A stretch of 64,000 nt of DNA from Octopus vulgaris (taxonomy: Eukaryota). The stretch covers positions 108,624,001 through 108,688,000 of the forward strand of contig OX597814.1 in NCBI GenBank assembly GCA_951406725.2, written 5' to 3'. Shown in pieces: positions 40,330 to 54,834 of the stretch; within the stretch, counting starts at the first letter, position 1; every line of letters starts with the position of its first letter. The notes under the pieces were generated by a model. The model saw only the letters and a program-made list of their open reading frames with translations. It had not been told where the DNA came from and ran no database searches. A program made the position numbers and the translations under genes.

Positions 40330-40810
40330 AATCATAAATCCAAGGGGGAAACACACTCTAAGTTATAGAGTATTTAGATGACCAGTCCATGGGGTTGCCT
40401 AGGATTTCACATCCATAAAGTGTTTAGCTCTACAACATTTTGTCAGACCCTAATGGCTGGTGACCTGTAACCTCTCTTCAAATGGGAGGGTGAAAAAACC
40501 TCGTGGCTAGTTGTTGAACACATAGATAAAGGAGAAGGGTCAAGCACAAGAGATTGTCTTGCTTAGGCCACTATCCGGAATCCATCCAGTTAGCTTGTGG
40601 GTCCCAGGATATCAGTAGGAACCTCCTGAAGTGTAAACAAGGTCAGAAGATTTCCATCCTGGAATTTAAGATGTTTCCCAGGTCAAGGGAGTTCTTTAAT
40701 ATCCTTGCCTGTTCAGCTAATCACAACTTGCAATGCTTCCTCCCGTTGATGTAGGGGCCCAATTTTTCTAGGATCTCCCATGAGATTACATGTGGAGACC
40801 CTTCATCCTT
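40330..40810 (-). mobile_element. Penelope-like 3' end (endonuclease C-terminus plus terminal region with an HHR relic)
   Basis: ISWEILEKLGPYINGRKHCKL*LAEQARI...LNSRMEIF*PCLH (PLE C-terminal Cys/His pattern). Downstream at 40392-40450: GGGT-CTGACAA...GAAA-TCCTAGG-CA-ACCC. Confidence 0.7.
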
Positions 40811-40857
40811 CAGGCAACATATATATATATATATATAATCATCATGTTTAATTTGGC

Positions 40858-41172
40858 AAAGTGACATGGCTTGGTGGTTAGGGTTTTTGTTCATGGTTGT
40901 AAGGGTGTAAGTTTGATTACTGGCAACACGTTGTGTTCTCGAGCAAGACACTTTATTTCCCATTGCTCCAGTCCACTCAGCTGGCAAAAATGAGTTGTAC
41001 CTGTATTTCAAAGGGCCAGCCTTGTCACATTCTGTGTCAGGCAGAATATCCCTGAGAGCTAAATTTAAGGTACACACATCTGTGGAATGCTCAGCTATTT
41101 GCATGTTAATTTCACGAGCTGGCTGTTCCATAGATTCGATCAACTGGAACCATCATTGTCATAACCAATGGT
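40858..41172 (+). mobile_element. tRNA/CORE-like SINE (family 4), old
   Basis: TGGCTTGGTGGTTAGGG head and GAGCAAGACACTTTATTTC; second copy at 42520-42833. Confidence 0.65.
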
Positions 41173-43573
41173 GTATCAGCATGTTTAATTTGAAAGATTT
41201 CCTCCACAGTAGTAAAAATTGTTTGCCAACATAACATGGCAGTCCTGGTTTAGGACTAATGTTGCTGTAATGTTGCTGTAACCTCAGGAGACATCTTCTC
41301 CAGCTGGGTATACGACATGATCTGTGTCCTTATATTTTCGAACAAGGGAATCTAGCACCCCCACTCAGCTCAAAACAATATGTTTATCACAATTTCTGGG
41401 TTATTTCTTCCACAGTTTGAACAGTTTTTGTTGCATAACAAAAACTTTAAAAACTGTCCTGACAACAGTATGTCACAATTCTTCTTGGTTTTATGTCGGT
41501 ACAACCTACCACTTCTCTATGCAATGGCTTTTTTTAGTACTGACCCCTTGTTCCCCAGAGTAAACCCTGTGCCCTGAATTACTTGCACGTCATTGTTACT
41601 CAGCTTAACCTCCCTCCAATCCCTCCTCACAGCTCTGTCACTTATGGCTATAATGACTGATATCTCACAACAACCAAACACTGCCAGAAAATTTTACTCA
41701 AGACATTATTCTTACAATTTGATAATTCTGTTAAGAAAGCGAAACTTCTTTCTTCTACCAACACAGATAACAACTCTTTTGCAATGAAGGAGGTTGTTGT
41801 TGTTGTTGTTATTGGAGTGTTGGTGTTGTTGAAGTGGTGGTGTTGATGTTGTTGGAGTGGTGGCGTTGGTGATGGTGTTGGTGGTGGTGGTGATGGTGGT
41901 GATGGTGATGGCACTGGCAGTAGTGGTTATGATGTGTGTTGTGGTGATGGTGGTAGCAGTGGTGTGTCAGTGGTGATGGTGGTGGCACTGGCAGTAGTGG
42001 TTATGATGTGTGTTGTGGTGATGGTAGTGGTGTGTCAGTGGTGGTGGTAGTGGTGGTGGTGGTGTCTGTGGTGGTAGTGGTGGTAGTGGTGGTGTAGATG
42101 GTGATGGTATCAGTGATGGTGGTGATGGTGATGGTGGTGGTGTCAGTGGTGAAGTTCGCGATGCTGTTCTTATAATATCCCCCTCCACCACGACAACCAC
42201 CTGCTCTACTAATCAGGTCACCCAGATTACAGAAAACCTCTCTATGACATTTAATTATTAGCCATCTGTATTTTTTAAATATTTTATAGACTTCCTCTCA
42301 ATGAAGTTTCTACTCCTAAATATTCTTCTATATCACTGGGTGCACCTAAATATATGGGTCCTCCCCCCATTCTATCTGAGAACCCCAGAATTGACACCCA
42401 TTGTGGAAGCTCAATAAATAGTGTTGACTTCTTACTTGTCCCGTTTCTGTATGTGACACAGGCCCTTTATAAGCTCTATGTAACCCCTACTCTCTAAGCT
42501 CTAAATATCCAAAGACTGTGAAGACATATGGCTTAATGGTTAGGGTATTTAGCTCACAGTCCTAAGGTTATGAGTTCAATTCTTGGTGGTATCTTGCACT
42601 CTTGAGCAAGACCCTTTATTTCACATTGCTGCAGTTCACTCAGCTCACAAAAAGTGTGTTTTACCTGTATTTCAAAGGGACAGCCTTGTCATTCTGTGTC
42701 ATGCTGAAAATCCTTGAGAACTGCATTAAGAGTACAAACGTCTGAGGAGTACTCAGCCACTTGCACATTAATTTCACAAGCAGGCTGTTCTTTTGATTGG
42801 GTCAACTGGAACACTTGTCATCGTAACCAATGGACTGTCTGTATATCCATAGACCAATTGGTGATATCCATAGCTAGGAAGGCAGTATCCATAGCTACCA
42901 TATGAAGAGAGAGGAATTGACCCTTTAGCATTCAGATTCGGAGTGGTTGGCATTAGGAAGGGCATCCAGCTGTAGAAACTCTGCCAGATCAAGATTGGAG
43001 TCTGGTGCAGCCATCTGGTTCACCAGCCCTAAGTCAAACTGTCCAACCCATACTAGCTTGGAAAGCGGACATTAAATGATGATGATGATGATGATGATGA
43101 TTTCTTTGTTAAATGCAATGCTTATTTATTCACATTGTTTTGAATTAATCATGCATTACATCACAGCTTTGAGATTTTGATGATGATCAACATCATCATT
43201 GTCTAACATCTGCTTTCCATGCTGGCATGGGTTGGATGGTTTGACTGAGGACTGGTGAGGCAAAAGGCTGCACCAGACTCCAATCCAATCCAATCCAATC
43301 GGGCAATGTTTCTACAGCTGGATGCCCTACCTAACACCAACTACTCTGAGAGTATAGTGAGTGATTTTTATGTGCTACCAGCACAAGGGCCAGTCAGGCA
43401 GTACTTGAATGGTGCTTTTTATGTGCCACTAGCACACAAGCCAGTCAGGCAGCACTGGCATTGACCACACTCGAATGGTGCTTTTTATGTGCCACTGACA
43501 CGGGACCAGTCAGACAGCACTGGCATCAACCATGCTCGAATGGCGCTTTTTATCTGCCAACATTGTAAGAGAG

Positions 43574-43712
43574 CATTATTTACATTATTTACATTTGACG
43601 GATATTTGTACTCTTCTTGTTTGTTGCTAACACGTTTCGGCTGATATACCCTCCAGCCTTCATCAAGCATATGGCGTAGTAGTTAAGAGCCCAGGCTACT
43701 AACCCCAAGATT
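43574..43712. mobile_element. Second head-to-head copy of the tRNA-head/HHR-tail element (both arms truncated)
   Basis: Minus-strand tail TGATGAAGGCTGGAGGGTATATCAGCCGAAACGTG joined directly to plus-strand head GCATATGGCGTAGTAGTTAAGAGC. A third degenerate tail lies at 52980-53099. Confidence 0.75.
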
Positions 43713-43763
43713 CATTTAACATCCGTTTTCCATGCTAGCATGGGTTGGACAAAAAATGTGTGA

Positions 43764-43876
43764 TGCTTACAGCACCTAGGTTTCCCAAGCAGTCACCCAT
43801 CTAAGTACTAATGAGGCTCATCGTTGCTTAACTTCAGTGATTGGATGAGAACCGGTATTTTCAACGTGATATTGCC

Positions 43877-43879
<3 letters not shown>
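43764..43879 (-). pseudogene. 5S rRNA pseudogene
   Basis: TACGGCAATATCACGTTGAAAATACCGGTTCTCATCCAATCACTGAAGTTAAGC...TTAGTACTTAGATGGGTGACTGCTTGGGAA...GGTGCTGTAAGC, then T6 about 8 nt downstream. CpG-type decay; the 5' end abuts (TA)n. Confidence 0.9.
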
Positions 43880-43910
<31 letters not shown>

Positions 43911-43943
43911 CACCAAAATAAGCAACAAGGATATCCAGAGGTA

Positions 43944-44031
43944 ATGTAGTACGATCGTTTCAAGCAACTCCATTTAATTGAACAATACAATCATTACATC
44001 AGTTTAAATGCAGAGCAATCCTCAGCTGCAT
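43944..44031 (-). ncRNA. Hammerhead motif with a long imperfect stem II
   Basis: ATGCAG-CTGAGGA-[57 nt including CATTTAA/TTAAATG]-GAAA-CGATCG-TA^CTACAT; stem I 5/6 bp; palindromic ACGATCGT. Confidence 0.55.
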
Positions 44032-45517
44032 AAAGACAAAGAATTCAATTAAATTAAAACAGATGGACACATTAGTATAATTTTACCTAAAATCTCCAAG
44101 AAGGATAGGAAATAGACAAAGAACATGCTGTCTTCACTTCAGCTTAGAAGCTATTAAGGTATGGTATTATCCATACAATTTCAAAACACAGGAATTCGGG
44201 AGTAGCTGTCCATGGAACTTTTATATGGCAATAACGTGATTCTTCTCAAAGAATATGTCAAAGATCTGCAGAAAAGTAGTCATCAGCTGATTGGAGTGTT
44301 GAACCAGTCTTTGAGATTAAATGTCCAATGCAAAAAAGTAAATAATTATTATTCTTTGTAAGCCTAGCACTTATTCTATCAGTCTCCTTCACCAAACCAC
44401 CAAGTTATGGGGAGGTAAACACACCGACATCAGTTGTCAAGTGATGGTGGAGGATAAACACATATAAAAGTTCCATGGACAGCTATTCCTGAATGCCTGT
44501 GTTTTGTCTGGAAAAACTGTGAGGACGAGAAGAGTCCTATGCACACCAGTGTGCATGTGTGTGTGTTTGTGTATAGGCTCTGTGTATGTGTGTGCGTGTG
44601 TATGTATGTGTATATGTGTGTCTATACATTAGCATGAACTGTGTGTATGCATATGTGAGTATAAATATATATGTGTGCTCACACACATGCATACATGCAC
44701 ACACTTATAAACTGTTTTGTGTATATAACACACTGTAATTGTTTTAGGTGCTCCAGCATGGCCAGAGCCTTAAAGCTGGAGCATATCTGAATTCCCAGTT
44801 CTATGAAATTATCTCCTCCTACCTATAAGATTCTCTCACAGATGTCACTATGTTTTATTTCCTTTCTCCAACAAAAAATTCAAATTTTAACTATCAAGAA
44901 AAATCTATACCCCACAGGCAGTTGGAAAAAATGTTCTATTTTCGATATTTTACTACAATTATTTAATACAAAAGAATCTACCAGTAACTCTTTTTTAAAG
45001 TACAGAGTACAAAAGGAAGTACATTATTCATTAAGAAAAAAAAGTGGATGACTTTTATGAGAACTTTGTGCCTGGCAACTACAGTATCATGCCCCACCAC
45101 ATTTTCCTAGGCCCCACGTTGGGAATCACTGGTCTACACCATTCAGTACATCAGTGCTATTCAAAGTGGTGGTCCCCGGACCAGCACCAGTCCATGAGCC
45201 ATCACCTGCTGCTACGTGGCAATTTTCTAGTTAAGAAACTTTACAAAATGCTTATAAAATTCTTATGTGATAGTGTATTATTTACTCTTTTACTTGTTTC
45301 AGTCATTTGACTGTGGCCATGCTGGAGCTCTGCCTTTAGTCGAACAAATCGACCCCAGTATTTATTCTTTGCAAGCCTAGAATTTATTCCATCGGCCTCT
45401 TCTGCCGAACCACTAAGTTATGGGGATGTAAACACACCAGCATCGATTGTCAAGCAATGTTGGGGGGACATACACAGAGACACAAACGTATACACACACA
45501 CATACACACATATATAA

Positions 45518-45576
<59 letters not shown>

Positions 45577-45580
45577 TATA

Positions 45581-45612
<32 letters not shown>

Positions 45613-45667
45613 GTATATATATATATGAGATGTTAAATGATGATGATGATATATATATATACATATA

Positions 45668-48330
45668 TAGAAGACAACTGGACGTTTCTAAGGGACAACC
45701 TGCTGAGAGCCACTGACCAGATCTGTGGCTTGTGCAAAGTCCCCTCTCGACCTAGAATAACGTGATGGTGGAACAATGTTGTAGACAGGGCTATTAGAGA
45801 AAAGGGACAGGCTTGGAAGGACTGGTAAAATGGGGGTAGCAGGGAATTGTATCAGACTGCCAAAAGAGAAGCTAGGAGACAGGTTTATTTAGCCAGAGGG
45901 TAAGCAGATAAGAAAAAATTTGCCAATGTTCTGCGCCGTGTGGACCAAAGACTGGAGGTGTTTCGCGTTGCAAGACAGTGTGTGAGAGAGAATCGTGATG
46001 TGGTAGGAGAGAAGTGTGTTCGCATGGAAGATGGTTCACTTGCGCTAAATGAGGATGCAAAGAGAGAGGTTTGGAGACGCCACTATGAAAGGTTGCTGAA
46101 TAAAGAAAATGAATGGGATAAAGAGAGTCTGCCGAATGTTGACCCAACAGAGGGACCAGCTATCCGAGTTGATAGTTCCTTGGTAGTTAAGGCAATTAGA
46201 AGCATGAAGACAGGGAAAGCCCCAGGCCCATCAGGAATCACTACAGAGATGCTCAAAATATCTGGTAGTGTCGGCTATAGCCTAGTCACCCGTATAGTTA
46301 ATCAGGTGATACACTGGTGTAGCAGCATAATAGTCAACTGCTACAAAGGTAAAGGTGACACCCTAGATACAAATAATTACAGAGGTATCAAGCTGTTGGA
46401 TCAGGTGATGAAGGTTACGGAGAGGGTCATAGCCCAACTAATTAGAGAGAGAGTTAGTTTAGATGAGATGCAGTTTGGGTTCGTGCCAGGGAAAAGTACC
46501 ACTGATGCTATATTCCTGGTAAGGCAGCTGCAGGAGAAATACCTAGCCAAAGATAAGCCAAAGATAACCTGGCTTTTGTTGACATGGAGAAAACCTTCGA
46601 CAGGATCCCCCAATCCCTTATCTGGTGGTCAATGAGGAAACTAGGGATAGATGAATGGTTAGTGAGAGCTGTGCGAGCCATGTACAGGACGCTGCTAGTA
46701 AGGTGAGGGTTGGCAACGAGTACAGTGAAGAATTCTGGGTAGAGGTAGGGGTCCACCAAGGCTCAGTCCTCAGCCCCCTCCTATTTATCATAGTCCTCCA
46801 GGCAATAACGGAGGAATTCAAGACAGGATGCCCTTGGGAACTCCTCTATGCTGATGACCTTGCTCTAATTGCTAAGTCACTATCAGAACTGGAGGAGAAG
46901 TTTCAGTTGTGGAAACAAGGATTAGAATCGAAGGGCCTTAGAGTCAATCTAGCTAAAACCAAAGTCGTAATCAGTAGGAAGGTAGACAAATCACAAACGC
47001 CTTCAGGTAGATGGCCCTGCTCGATCTGTAGAAAAGGTGTAAGTAGAAACTCTATAAGATGCACCAAGTGTAAGCTATGGACACATAAGAGGTGCAGCAA
47101 TGTCAAAGGAAGGCTAACTAGGAAGATGGTTTTTGTATGTGGCAGATGCTCAGGAACAATAAACACTGAAAATGCTCTGAGACCAACTTCCGTCACTTTC
47201 CAGGGAGAAAAACTAGAAATAGTTGATAGCTTCCGTTACCTAGGTGACCAAGTCAGCAGCGGGGGCGGGTGTGCTGAAAGTGTAACTGCTAGAGTAAGAA
47301 TAGCTTGGGCAAAGTTCAGAGAGCTCTTACCTCTGCTGGTGACAAAAGGCCTCTTGCACAGAGTAAAAGGCAGACTGTATGATGCGTGTGTACGAACAGC
47401 CATGCTACATGGCAGTGAAACATGGGCCGTGACTGCTGAGGATATGCGTAAGCTCACAAGAAATGAAGCCAGTATGCTCCGATGGATGTGTAATGTCAGT
47501 GTTCATACTCGACAGAGTGTAAGTACCTTGAGAGAAAAGCTGGACCTAAGAAGCATCAGTTGTGGTGTGCAAGAGAGATGATTGCGCTGGTATGGGCATG
47601 TGGCGAGAATGGATGAAGATAGTTGTGTGAAAAAGTGCCACACCCTAGCGGTTGAGGGAACCTGCGGAAGAGGCAGACCCAGGAAAACCTGGGACGAGGT
47701 GGTGAAGCACGACTTCGAACTTTAGGTCTCACTGAGGAAATGACTAGAGACCGAGACCTCTGGAAGTATGCTGTGCGCGAGAAGACCCGGCAGGACAAGT
47801 GAGACCATAACCGGTGGCCTTCTACATGGGATGGAGCCAGCCTACGTATGCATACCTTCCCTTCTTGGGACACAAAACTCTACTTGTGAAGACCTGTTGA
47901 GGCAAGTGAGGATCAGAATCGAAATCGATCAATGGAAATTGCAGCTGAGTTACCAGTGCCGGTGGCATGTAAGAGAACCATCCGTTCGTGACCGTTGCCA
48001 GCGCCGCCCTGACTGGCCTCATGCCGGCTGCACATAAAAAGCACCATCCGTTCGTGTCCGTTGCTAGCCTCGCCTGGCCCCCATGCCAGCGGCACGCAAA
48101 AGCACCATCCGTTTGTGGCCGTATGCCAGCCTCGTCTGGCACCTGTGCGGGTGGCACGTAAAAAGCACCCACTACACTCACGGTGTGGTTGGCGTTAGGA
48201 AGGGCATCCAGCCGTAGAAACACTGCCAAATCAGACTGGGCCTGATGCAGCCTTCTGGCTTCACAGACCCCAGTTGAACTGTCCAACCCATGCTAGCATG
48301 GAAAGCGGACGCTAAATGATGATGATGATG
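45668..48330 (+). mobile_element. RTE-clade LINE, 5'-truncated, complete but disrupted RT
   Basis: GKAPGPSGI, NYRGIKLL, QFGFVPGKSTTD, GVHQGSVLSPLLF, YADD, FRYLG, RGRPRKTW; stops and frameshifts; 3'UTR subrepeats; (GAT)n tail. Confidence 0.95.
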
Positions 48331-48808
48331 ATATACGACAGGTTTCTTTCAGTTTCCGTCTACCAAATCCACTCACAAGGCTTTGGTTGGCCCGAGGCTA
48401 TAGTAGAAGACACTTGCTCAAGGTGCCATGCAGTAGGATTGAACCCAGAACCATGTGGTTGGTAAGCAAGCTACTTATCACACAGCTACTCCCACTCCTA
48501 CAAAATGAATAGAAAATTTTAAAAAAATTGTCGACTTCTATTATATTCATTATATATATTGTTTCTGGTATAAATTAATATTACTAAGAAATATTACCAG
48601 TCCCTGGTACATTGGAAAAAAAAAACAAAAAAAACTACCAGTATAGGAATGGCTATGTGGTAAGTAGCTTGCTTACGAACTACATGGTTCTAGGTTCAGT
48701 CCCACTTTATGGCACCTTGGGCAAGTGTCTTCTACTATAGCCTTGGGCCAACTAAAGCCTTGTGAATAGATTTGATAGATGGAAACTGAAAGAAGCCCGT
48801 CGTATGTA

Positions 48809-48840
<32 letters not shown>

Positions 48841-48841
<1 letters not shown>

Positions 48842-49755
48842 CATCATCATCATCATCATCATCATCATCGTTTAGCGTCCGTTTTCCATGCTAGCATGGG
48901 TTGGACGGTTCTACTGGGGTCTGTGAAGCCAGAAGGCTTCATCAGGCCCAGTCAAATCTGGCAGTGTTTCTACGGCTGGATGCCCTTCCTAACGCCAACA
49001 ACTCCGTGAGTGTAGTGGGTGCTTTTTACGTGCCACCCACACAAGTGCCAGACAGAGCTGGCAAACGGCCCCGAACGGATGGTGCTTTTTATGTGCCACC
49101 GGCACGAGGCCAGTCGGGGCGGCGCTGGCAACGGTCGCGAAACGGAAGGTTCTCTTACATGCCACCGGAAGGTTCTCTTACATCTGCAATTTCCATTGAT
49201 CGATTTCGATTCTGATCCTCACTTGCCTCAACAGATCTTCACAAGTAGAGTTTCGACATGCCACCGGCACTGGTAACACATCTGCAATTTCCGTTGATCG
49301 ATTTCGATTCTGATCCTCACTTGCCTCAACAGGTCTTCACAAGTAGAGTTTTGTGTCCCAAGAAGGGAAGGTATGCATATGTAGTCTGGCTCCATCCCAT
49401 GTAGAAGGCCATGGGTTATGGACTCACTTGTCCTGCCGGGTCTTCTCGTGCACAGCACACTTCCAGAGGTCTCAGTCTCTAGTCATTTCCTCAGTGAGAC
49501 CTAAAGTTCGAAGGTCGTGCTTTACCACCTCGTCCCAGGTTTTCCTGGGTCTGCCTCTTCCGCAGGTTCCCTCAACCGCTAGGGTGTGGCACTTTTTCAC
49601 ACAACTATCTTCATCCATTCTCGCCACATGACCATACCAACGCAAACGTCTCTCTTGCACACCACAACTGACGCTTCTTAGGTCCAGCTTTTCTCTCAAG
49701 GTACTTACACTCTGCCGAGTATGAGTACTGACATTACACATCCATCGGAGCATAC

Positions 49756-49756
<1 letters not shown>
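48841..49756 (-). mobile_element. RTE-clade LINE 3' fragment, inside a plus-strand family-1 SINE (48645-50025)
   Basis: MLRWMCNVS...RRLRWYGHVARM...RGRPRKTWDEV, (GAT)n tail, and a local 3'UTR duplication (49180 versus 49278). Confidence 0.9.
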
Positions 49757-49804
<48 letters not shown>

Positions 49805-50369
49805 GTATATGTTTGTGTGTCTGTGTTTGTCCCCACCCCCAGCCTCACTTGACAACCGATCCTGGTGTGTTTACGTCCCCGTAACTTAGCAATTCGGCAA
49901 AAGAGACCGATAGAATAAGTACTAGGCTTACAAAGAATGAGTCCTGGGGTTGATTTCCTCGATTAATGGCAGTGCTCCAGCATGGCCGCAGTCACATGAC
50001 TGAAACAAGTAAAAGAGTAAAAGAGGTATGCCACTTCAGATAGTTTGAGAAGCCCTGCAGTACATCACCCTTTAACTGAATCATTCAATTTTATGGTGTT
50101 GGTTCATTTGAGTTACTTCCCTTAGATCGTATATATATTTTTTAAATATGCATTGAGGGTATGAATCATTGTGCAACCAAAGTAACAGTTGCACTCACTC
50201 AGATGTACCTGCCAACCTACATATTTTCATATATTCACTTATCGATAAATATCTGTGTGTCTGTGTGTCCATCTATCAATCCTGTCTGGCTTGCCTGTCT
50301 ATCGGTTTGCCTATATTTCTGTCTGTGTGTTTGTATGTTTGTCTATCTGTCTCTCTATCTGTCTACCTA

Positions 50370-52780
<2,411 letters not shown>

Positions 52781-54834
52781 CAATTTAGGTTAGTTGAAAT
52801 ATGTTTGTCACATATTTCAACTGCTAAACGGCAAATACACTGCAGTTACCATGGAGATTAAAAATCTCTCTTATGGTAAAAAGGTGTGAAAACACCCAGT
52901 TCGTTCAGTGTCACCATCTCTTGGGGATCTCAGACATCAATGTTTCTAGTTTTTGACTTAAGAGAGGTAACTCTGAACAAACTTAATGAAGGCTGGCAAG
53001 TACATCAGCTGAAACGTGTTAACAAGAAACAAGATGAGAACAAATATCTATCAAATGTAAATAATGTACGTTAATTCCTCATCTCTCAGATATAGAACTG
53101 TATTTTACAAATACAACATGTAAGTGGAACAGTAAAAGTATGCAAGACTTTTCTCGAGTTTAAAATGTGACATTGTTTTGTTATCTACATTCCAACAATG
53201 GAGCTTTGTGTCTTTTTTAGAAACCAATTCCTTCCTCAAAGGATGAATTTAAGTAATTAAAAACAGAAGGGTACATATATAGATGTTTGTGTGTGTGTGC
53301 ATGTGATCATCATCATCATCATCATCTATTCTTCATCATCATCATTATCATCATCTATTCATCATCATCATCTATTCATCATCATCATCTATTCATCATC
53401 ATCATCTATTCATCATCATCATCATCATCATCATCAACCCTCACACACTTCCAAGCAAGGTAATCTTTCCCTTTGGCCAGACAAGGTTTTCTTGGAAGAT
53501 TCCAAACAAACAATACTGCTTGTATAATGATGTCTCTTTCTACAACTGTCATGCTGTGTCAGGACAAAGATGGACGGACGGACAGACAGACAGACACACA
53601 CACACACACTCTCATACACACACACACACACGCATACTCTCACACATACACAAACTTATACATGCACACACACATACACACACTCACACTCATGCACACA
53701 CACAAACTTACACACACACACACTCACATACATCCATACACACACAAAGTTACACACATACACATTCACACACATACAAACTCTCACACACACACACACA
53801 CACAAACACATGTAACTTATATTTTAATCTTCGATATTTCTTATTAGCTATTTAGGATGCTCTTCTGTTTTATCATGTCAGCATGGGTTAGATGAATACA
53901 TATCATTGAATAAGTGTTTTTACAACTGGATGCTTTTACTGTCACCAATCTTTACCAACTTTTCAAGAAAAGGAATTTTCTTTCCATTTGTCTTTGAAAG
54001 CATAGAACTACCAAACAACTTGGAAATGTCAACAATGCCACCACCTGTAGCTCAGTGATTTTCCAGAGATATGCAAACCCCCTCAATAGAACTCCCCACT
54101 TCCAATTTGAGGGGTTTCTGTTTTGCAAGGTACTTAGTAACCCTCCTGGTGCTGGTGCCACATTTAAAGCACTGGTGCTGGGGCAGCGTAAAAAGCACCT
54201 GTGCTAGTGCCATGTTAAAAGCACCCAGTACACACTGTAAAGTGGTTGGCATTAAGAAGGGCAGCCAGGTGTATAAACCTTGCCAAGACACACAGTGGAA
54301 CCTGGTGAGGTTCCTGGCTTTGCCATTTCCTGTCAAACTGTCCAATCCATGCCAGCATGGAAAATGGACATTTAAATGACGATGATGATGCAAAATGAAA
54401 GCATTTATACAGACCTTCCCACTCCCCCCCATACACGATGGGCTTCTTTCAGTTTTTGCTTATGAGATTCACATACAAGTCATTGGTTGGCTCAGGAATA
54501 AAGATCAAGGCGCTATGCAATGAGAATGAACCCAAAACCCTATGGTCAGGAGGCAAGCTTCTTAACCCCACAACCACACCTGTACAAATGACCCATATTT
54601 GATGGCATAAAGGACACATGAGCATATTAGATGCAGCCCAACGTCAGTAGCACATCATCATCATCATCATCATCATTTAACAGCTATTATCCCTGCTGGC
54701 ATGGGTTGGACGGTTTGACCAAGGCTGGCAAGGCTGGAAGGCTGCACCAGACCCCAGTCTGATTTGGTATGGTTTTTACAACTGGATGCCCTTCCTAATG
54801 CCTTCCACTCCAAAAGTGTGTTAATGCATGTAAT

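Larger units (their letters stand above)
45152..50057. mobile_element. hAT-type MITE split by nested SINE and LINE insertions
   Basis: Ends CAGTGCTATTCAAA and TTTGAGAAGCCCTG; 8-bp TSD CAGTACAT at 45144-45151 and 50058-50065. MITE pieces at ~45152-45282, 48500-48644 and 50026-50057. Confidence 0.75.

Noticed and set aside
44515-44560. CTGTGA-GGAC-gaaga-GTCC
   Set aside because: The core lacks A6 and no GAAA follows.
47950-48175. CRISPR-like spaced palindromic repeats
   Set aside because: The spacers are themselves homologous, the array is a LINE 3'UTR in eukaryotic DNA, and there are no cas genes.
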